DNA of 62,030 nucleotides, counting the filler, from Sluysia triapertura (Eukaryota): NCBI GenBank assembly GCA_046118255.1. It is 5 parts of 5 records of this genome, joined end to end, with 100 filler letters (N's around TTAATTAATTAA, not from the genome) between each part and the next. Parts side by side here need not be neighbours in the genome. Positions count along the whole stretch, not along the records: positions 50,540 to 62,030 come from JBJNIA010184180.1; 4 more parts are not named here. The stretch is one strand, 5' to 3'. Positions 54,560-62,030 of this stretch are shown here, in pieces (within the stretch, counting starts at the first letter, position 1; each line of letters starts with the position of its first letter). The notes under the pieces are model-generated. The model had not been told where the DNA came from and ran no database searches. It saw only the letters and a program-made list of their open reading frames with translations. The position numbers and the translations under genes are program-made.

Positions 54560-56325
54560 TGCCTACGATCCTAGACCTACAAGAAATGGCTAGTCTGTAG
54601 GATTTTTGAAGAATATAAATTAAAAGTAGTAATGGAGGTCAATTAACGTTTTTATTAACGTTTATAATTACTTCTTTTATTTCTTTAATTTGTTCATCCT
54701 TTCTTTCATTGGTTGACTCAGTATTTCTTGGATTCTAACCTGGATTGGTAGAATTGTTAATCGGTTTTCCTCTTTTTCTCGTTGTTCTCTTCGTTCTTCA
54801 AATCCAAATAACTCAAGAAGACTTTTTCTTCCTGTTATTTTTAAATAAATCACAGTCTAATCCAGTAATATAGAATTCTCGTAGCATTGCATTATTTTCC
54901 TCATCAGTTATTAATTTTAGATATTTATAATCTTCTTCTTCATGGTTAATCTCTCTTCCTCTTGGTTCTTTATTATTGATTTTCCTATTTATTCTAGGTT
55001 ACTCTTCATATTGATATTTTTCTTCATATTCATCCAATCCATCTCTAAAATTGTATTTTGTTTGATTTCTTTAATTATAATTTATTTGTCCCTTATCACT
55101 TTTATTATTATCATTGAATCTTACTTTCCTATTAGGACTTTGATATATTTGTTGTGTAGCCCCTTATCTTAGTAAAGTTTTGAGTAAATATATTTTGTTT
55201 TAACTTTCCATAATTTCTTGTATAATGTCCATACTTACCACAATTATCACAAATTATTTCTCCATCTAAATTTGTATATGTTTTGTTATTATTTTCATAT
55301 TTCAATGGTTTTCTTTACTTCTATTCCTATTTTGGTTATTTATATTAGAATTAGGCGGCCATCTTTGTTTACAGGTAGATGCACCATAGTTGTTTATTCT
55401 ACTGTTCTTGAAACCTTTAATCCTATTATCATTATTCATATTATAATTGTTTGGATTAACTATTTGAATTATCTCTACGTAGACTATTATATATATTATA
55501 ATTATTATTTTTTCTGTTGTTTTTTATTAATTTTTAAATCTAAACCTACGGCAAAATAGAAAATTGAGCAGGGTCCGGTTACAGTAAGGGTCTTACTTCG
55601 TAAAGAAGGCACCTCTGTAACACAATACTCTCACAACTAGAAGGTTTAATAAATTTACAAACAATGAATTAATGAATTAAAATTAATGAATTAAAATTTT
55701 ATACAATTTAAGTTATAATACAAAATAAAGGTAAAAGAATAAAAGGAATGTAAAATTTATTATTAAAACTTTTATAAGTCTTTAATAATTAACAATTATT
55801 AGTTTAGAGTAGATTTTACTCCTCAATATATCGGGGAACCTTAAGACTATCAGTATTTGATTTTAAGTCTAGTTTACGATATTAACTCCCTTAAACGAAA
55901 TTAATATCAATCCTAACAATAACAAATTACTTTTAGCATGGAAAAGTCTATAAAATTCCAATGATGATTCTTATTAATTTGCTGTAATGGATGTGAATTG
56001 AACCACGTTATCTGTTGTTACAATTGCGAATTTATCGGGCAAACTGGCTGCTTACAAATGACCAGTTTTACAAATGGCAATTTTCATTGTATTGATGCTA
56101 GTTTATATGCTAGTCATCGATGGAATGTTCTAGAAGCTTCTATGCTATTTATAGAAGCTAATTTTCTTTTTTAGAAAAAATAATTTCTTTTTTGGAAAAT
56201 TATTTTTTTAGTTAATTTTAATTGATTTTAGGATAGTTTTATGATTTTAAATAGTTTTAAATAATTTTATGACGTTATTATGTCAATATAAAATTATTTT
56301 GTAAGGTTGTGATGGCAACCTAACA
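54560..56325 (-). mobile_element. LTR retrotransposon remnant, family L2: LTR 55616-56325 plus decayed gag-like region
   Basis: On the minus strand, TGTTAGGTTGCCATCACAACC...GTGTTACA (TG..CA) is followed by the PBS-like GAGGTGCC. The same terminus recurs at about 9858 and 12215-12233. Downstream are Asn/Lys/Glu-rich decayed frames. Confidence 0.55.
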
Positions 56326-56479
56326 TTTCTATTATTGTAATTAGTAGGGTTACTTTCATGTCTATGGTAAGAACTGTTCAGTTTATTAGTGTAACTGTTT
56401 TTATCATTATAATTATTCTTATTTGTATTTCTTATTTGTATATCTCTTTATATTTATCATCATTATCATTTACATAATT

Positions 56480-56990
56480 AAATTATCCTTATCATCAATA
56501 TAAGATCGTTCTATATTTCTTAACTTTTTAATTACTTCATTAAAAGGTTTTTCTTCAATTAATGTAACATAAATATTTAAATATGCACTTTTTAGGCCAG
56601 TTTTTGGTTTATCTATTAATACCGATTCCTTTTTATCTTCAGGGACTTTTGCCTAGCAACAAGATTTTTTAGAACACAAGCGAATTCATATACAGATAAA
56701 TTTTTGGCCTTTGTTTCCTAACATTTAACATTTTATCATAGTATTTTCCTATGTCATCGAGTGCTACTTTACAAATTCGTTCTAAGAACTGTTATCATTA
56801 TTACTTATCTCCTTATATGTCTAGATCGCCACTTCAGTGAAAGAGTTTCGAACTTTTAATTCTTTCGGCTTCATTTCAGCCATTAGCTTCGGCGATGCTA
56901 TCGTATTCAAATAGGAAATCGCAGGGCTTACCATCTGCTTGATTAAATTTTCTCATTCCAGGTAATATCATAGTAGTGCTCATAGTCATA
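56480..56990 (-). mobile_element. Degenerate gypsy-like gag remnant (L1-related)
   Basis: PCDFLFEYDSIAEANG*NEAERIK and AKVPEDKKESVLIDKPKTGLK...YVTLIEEKPFNEVIKK are homologous to 23300-23720. Confidence 0.75.
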
Positions 56991-57289
56991 TATTCTATAA
57001 AATAGTTTCTATTTTATAGTATAATTTCTAAGTTTAACTCTATAATCGTTGTATAAAACAACTTGAGTATCTAATTTTGTGTAACTTATAATTTATCCTT
57101 AAAACTTACTTAAGGTATAATTTTAACTTAGGGTATAACTGTTGGGATTGCCCAACTGTAAGATCAGAAGAAAAAAGATAAAAGAAAAAACTGATACAAA
57201 GTTTGAACATTGAATTGAACATAGGAAATATTGTTGAAATAAGAATCATGAAAAAGAAAACATTTATAATGATCTTAACAGCTAAAGAA

Positions 57290-58110
57290 TATCTTAAGGT
57301 TCCAATGACCCATATAAGGGTTTGAGACCTTATGGAAGCTTGAGATGGACTTGAAAAACCTTCAGAAGCATTAAGGTACCTTTGAACTTGTAAACCTTTA
57401 GATCATTTAAGACCTTAGTAACCTTTAATTAATCTTAAAGTATCTATAAGCATTTAATATTCTTTATTAATCTTATAAAATATTAAAAATCTTTAAAATA
57501 TTTGAGAAATAAAATCATTGTTATTGGTATTAAAGATAAATCTACAATGGTAATAATTAACAAAAAGAAGTAGAAAAGGGAATCGGAGAGGTGAAGGTGA
57601 AATTATCTAGAACCTCCTGAATGCCTTATAAACAACCAAATAACTTTAGAAACTTAATAAAACCTTTAAACATAAAATAAGATTAAGTCTCAAAATAGAT
57701 GAATTAATTAAAATCGTAATTAACTTAATTAAAAAAAGTACATTTTTGTGAATAATGCTGCATTAAATTTGAAACTGTGTATGTATTTGCTTTGAAAAGA
57801 CCTTTCGGTGAAGGTATGGTTTGACCTAATTCATACAAGGAAAGCCTTAATATAAATCAAAGTCAAATTTTAATTAATTTTTAATTATGGAATATTGAAT
57901 ATTTTATACTTAGAATGATACAAATATAAAGAATTGAATATGAGACGATTGCTACGGAAGTTGGTTTGTTGGAGAATAAGAAGCTTAAACATTTTTCATA
58001 AGAAATTGGATGTAAAAAACGAAAAATCAATTAAATTCTGAAAAATAAAATTAAATCCATTCTTTTTTATGCATGTTAACAATAATAATGATTGTTATAT
58101 TAATGTGAGA
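57290..58110. repeat. Dispersed repeat family R1, longest copy
   Basis: Contains both the GGGAATC.GAG..GTGAAGGTGAAA block and the GGTTTGACC...GTTCAT / GATTGCTACG blocks seen in the other copies. Confidence 0.75.
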
Positions 58111-60227
58111 ATTAATTTAATTAAAAATAGATTGAATAGAGTAATGGAAAATAATAGATAATCGTAAATCAATTTTTTTGTGTTTTGAGTCTAATAAAGT
58201 TTTACAGTCTGCACCATGTAAATGTCAAAGTTATTATTGTTGGATTAATTCTCAAAGAATGTTTAATCAAAAATTTTGGAATGATTGGATGATAAGAAAA
58301 TAGAAAATAAATACCAAAAAATTTTTATAATAACACAACAATTAATAATGCAAATAAGAAGATCCATTCTTTAAGTAATTTTTGAATTTATTTTATAATT
58401 AAAAATAATATTATTTTTAGGGATTTTATTAAAATAGTTTTTGAACTGATTTTGGGAAATTTATATTTGATTATTATTAAGAAATAATCGTGAATATTAA
58501 TATTAATATTTTTCTGAGTGTTTATTTAGATAAATTCTTATATCCTTGATACTATTATAAACGTTATTGTTAATCTCGTCATTTTAGTCATTTTAGTATT
58601 GTTTAGTGGAGATTTATATTAATAAAATTTGTATTTGATTTTTTCTTTAACCAGTAAGTTATTGTGTTGTTGCTACTGGTTTGATTTTCAAAAACTTAAT
58701 TATGGAGTGAATAATTATTATTATGAAAGCAAGATAATTACTGAACAATTGTACTTGATATAGTGAGTACTTAAATCATTGAGATTTTTTAAGCTAATTA
58801 CGTTGATATTGATTTATTGTAGCTAATAATTTATAAAGACGCAACAGATGGTGCCTCTCGAATGGTGCATGGTCAAACTCTTTTGTTTCATACCGCTTCA
58901 TAAATATTTTGATTAAATAGTAGCCAAATTTATTCCATTTTTATTTCTGTTTATTTTTTTTTAGAAATCAAATTTTCGCCACAAAATTCTCCATATTCAA
59001 TTGCATTTTTTGTTCTTATGTTGAGCAGAAAAAGAGTTCTGGTAAAAAGCTAAGGAAAATTGAAGTTAAATTTAAAGAAATTTCATTGTTACATTAATAT
59101 GATTATGTTTGATTTTATGTTTGAGGCTTTTATGTTGATGGTTAAGTCTATAAGTAAATGTGTATTTGTTTAATGTTTCCTGTAACAAATATAATGTTTT
59201 GATGAATATGATGTTTTGTTCATTTGCACATTATGAAATTTTAAGTAAATGGGTTGTATTACTACAATAAATTCTTATAGTTAAGCTTAAAGTCTGTTCA
59301 TAAGACCTACATTATAAACATCAAAAATTAAAATATAATTTGCTCATTCATAAAAATAATGACACCAATATAATTATTTCCCATTATTAAAACAGAAAAT
59401 TGTAAAATTGATTATTGTTAAATTTTCAAGATGATCTTCAAATTGATCTTCGCCTTTATGGAATCAACAATCTTCTGCGTTCACCTTGAAAATTTCTATT
59501 ACCAATGCCAAAACACTCTCTACTCCGGCGCCTATCTGAAAAATTGCTTTTAGGTATATAACTAATACTAGACGCAAAATTAGATGCTTTTATGACAAGC
59601 CCTCTATTGGTTCAATATTGATTTAGTGAGGTCTTACTATTTATTTTTCGGTAAGAGATTTTAATTTTTAAATTTAATTTGCTTTATTTAAGAAAAATAA
59701 CTGAACTTTCAACTTAGGTTTAATGTCTTTAATTGTAATATACAAGAAATTTAAGCACAAAATAGGCTAAACGCCTTTTGAAACATTATAAAATTTTAAG
59801 AATACCAAATTAAGCAATATGAAACATCTTTTTTCATTATGAAATAAATAACTTAAGAATAAACGCAAAGAATAAAACGCAAATAGAATCATGCACATAA
59901 AAACATACTTGATTAAAATTTAGTATAACAACTTCTTAATTATGAATTCTCTTGATGGTATGGCATAAAATGACTTTTAAAAATCATATTGTTTCGTAAC
60001 ATTGTTCTCTAATTTATTTGATTATCAAATTGATTTCCTGCTAGCCAAAACAATGATATAATTGAACAATAAATAAAGGATTTTCATCGTCATAAATATA
60101 AACTATCGATTATTTTAAACTTTTCCTCAGCAATTAATTAATATTCATTTTATTTATTTAACATTCTATAATTTCAGGTTCACTCAAATATCAGATTTGT
60201 ACTTTTCACTTATTTGTCTTACCTCTG

Positions 60228-61372
60228 TTAAAGTTCTATCTCGTATAGTGTTGGTGAAGCATAAAAATCACTTTTAATTATATCTATAATTCTGACAATT
60301 CTGATAAAATTTTCAAGTAAATTTAAATTACAAATATCATCTTCATCAGCTTCTGACATAATTAAGGATCTTTCCGGTTCACATGCTAGTTTCATCGGTT
60401 TACCTTTAAACTCAACAGTTCTCATTAAAAGTATCTCAGAAATTCTTGAACATAATTCAGTAAATCTTCTGTTTTCATAACTCTTTTCCAGTTATCCAAA
60501 ACTGCTTTCAGTTTAGCTAAATCTTTGCTTATTACTTCGAAAAAATTTTCGAGTTTATTTGTATATTTCTCATCAGAATTATTAATTATGTTTCCGCGAT
60601 AACTATTAATTAATTCTTTCATAAAAGCTTCAAAATCTATAGCAGTTAAGGAAGTTGACGCTCCATATTTTTTAAATTCCTCACATTGAAACAATATTTT
60701 TGATTGTTTCACTAAACATTTATCGATACCATCAATTTGAAAATCACTTTCCGATTCTTCTTGGTTTTGACAATCGGTTCGTTGACATTCAAAACCTTGA
60801 TATTGTCCACCTATTTGAAGATCTTTTACAACTTGTCCTTAAGGGGTTCCAAGTCGATATCTACATCGTTATGCACATCTACATTGACATTCATTTTCCA
60901 AGTGACAGATTTCGTAGTACTCAGTGAATTTCGTTGATTATATAGACTGTCATTACGATGAGGTGACACTGAATGATGATGATTTGGATATCCCAGTTGG
61001 AATATCAGATTGCTGAAGTTGAAGATGTACTTGTTGTAATATAAATAGACATTAGTGAGTGACATTCGAACATTGACATATTTTCCAAATATAGCAAATG
61101 CTGTCGTTGCGCTAGCATAGATATGTGACTTTCATTTCCATTACCTTTGTGATCTTTGCATAAATGTTGCAATATGCTTTATTTAAGCATCTAGTTTTGA
61201 ATAGGTTATTAATAGAAGTAGTATAAGAACCAGGATAATAAGAGGGATAGAATGTTAGAAGCAAGAAAATTGTGAAAAAGACAAAAAAATACATACATGC
61301 ATATATACAAATATACATGCATACACACAAGAAGAATGTGAAAAGGTAAGATAAAATAAGTTTGAACACCAA
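60228..61372 (-). pseudogene. Degenerate unknown gene (hydrophobic N-terminus, helical charged C-terminus)
   Basis: A chain of same-strand ORFs (61112-61372, 60826-61065, 60425-60712, 60228-60425) with coding-like composition, broken by stops and frameshifts. No family recognised. Confidence 0.35.
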
Positions 61373-62030
61373 AAAGTAAAAGAGTGTGTGCTATTAAAAT
61401 TCTCTCATAGTGAAAGCTAAAAATAGATTATTGCTTGTGTATCTGGCACACAGTGATTTGTCATAAAAGTAAACTTAATTGGAAATTTGGAACCAATAAA
61501 AAACTAATACAGCTATTGATAAAAAGTACATTCTTTGTAGTAAACAATTTTGGCAGCCATATTAGAAACACAATAATTGGTTCATAAAAAAATCAATAAT
61601 TATCATTATAATTGTTAAACAATTTAACAGCCAATTGTGATTACGCATATTGATAAGCTAAAAATAAATAAAGATCAGACGAGAAAAAATTTACAAAAAT
61701 TATTTTATGGTCATCATTATCAATAAAATAGCAGCCATTTGATAAACAAAAATCCAGACAGTACAATAAATAAAAATAATCGGCCATTAGTAATCAATAA
61801 ATTTCAAGATACTGATGAAAAAAGAATTTTCAACATTTAGATTTTATTCCTTACCTGTAAATGAAGGTGACTTTCGAACTATGACAGAGGTGTTCAATTT
61901 AGAACACAAAGGAAATTGTGCTGCAATATCGTTAATCTCACATGATGGAAAGGATGTTGCTGAATTACTTTATAATTATTTTAAAGATAAATTAACATCT
62001 GATTCATTGTTATCGCTGCGCAATCTTAAA

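Overview
Very AT-rich eukaryotic (probably invertebrate animal) DNA, made of five separate contigs joined by artificial 100-bp linkers (N44-TTAATTAATTAA-N44), so no inference should cross 11277, 24325, 39219 or 50440. Only two regions look like functional host genes: a STAMBP/AMSH-type JAMM deubiquitinase (about 35160-36288, +) and the first exon of a secreted CUB-like protein (39657-39842, -). The rest is a transposon graveyard. It holds three degenerate RLE-type non-LTR retrotransposons (NeSL/Utopia-like), Ty3/gypsy-type LTRs with gag remnants and a tRNA primer-binding site, Tigger/pogo, Tc1, mariner, piggyBac and hAT remnants or MITEs, and pseudogenised host-gene fragments (MAPK, FANCJ-like helicase, PDE2-like phosphodiesterase). 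The most interesting object is the retrotransposon at about 15150-19900 (-). Read across its frameshifts, it appears to encode two tandem Ulp1/clan-CE cysteine-protease-like domains separated by zinc fingers, then an RT thumb, a CCHC finger and a PD-(D/E)xK endonuclease, with the RT catalytic core deleted. All calls come from manual reading of motifs; no searches were run.
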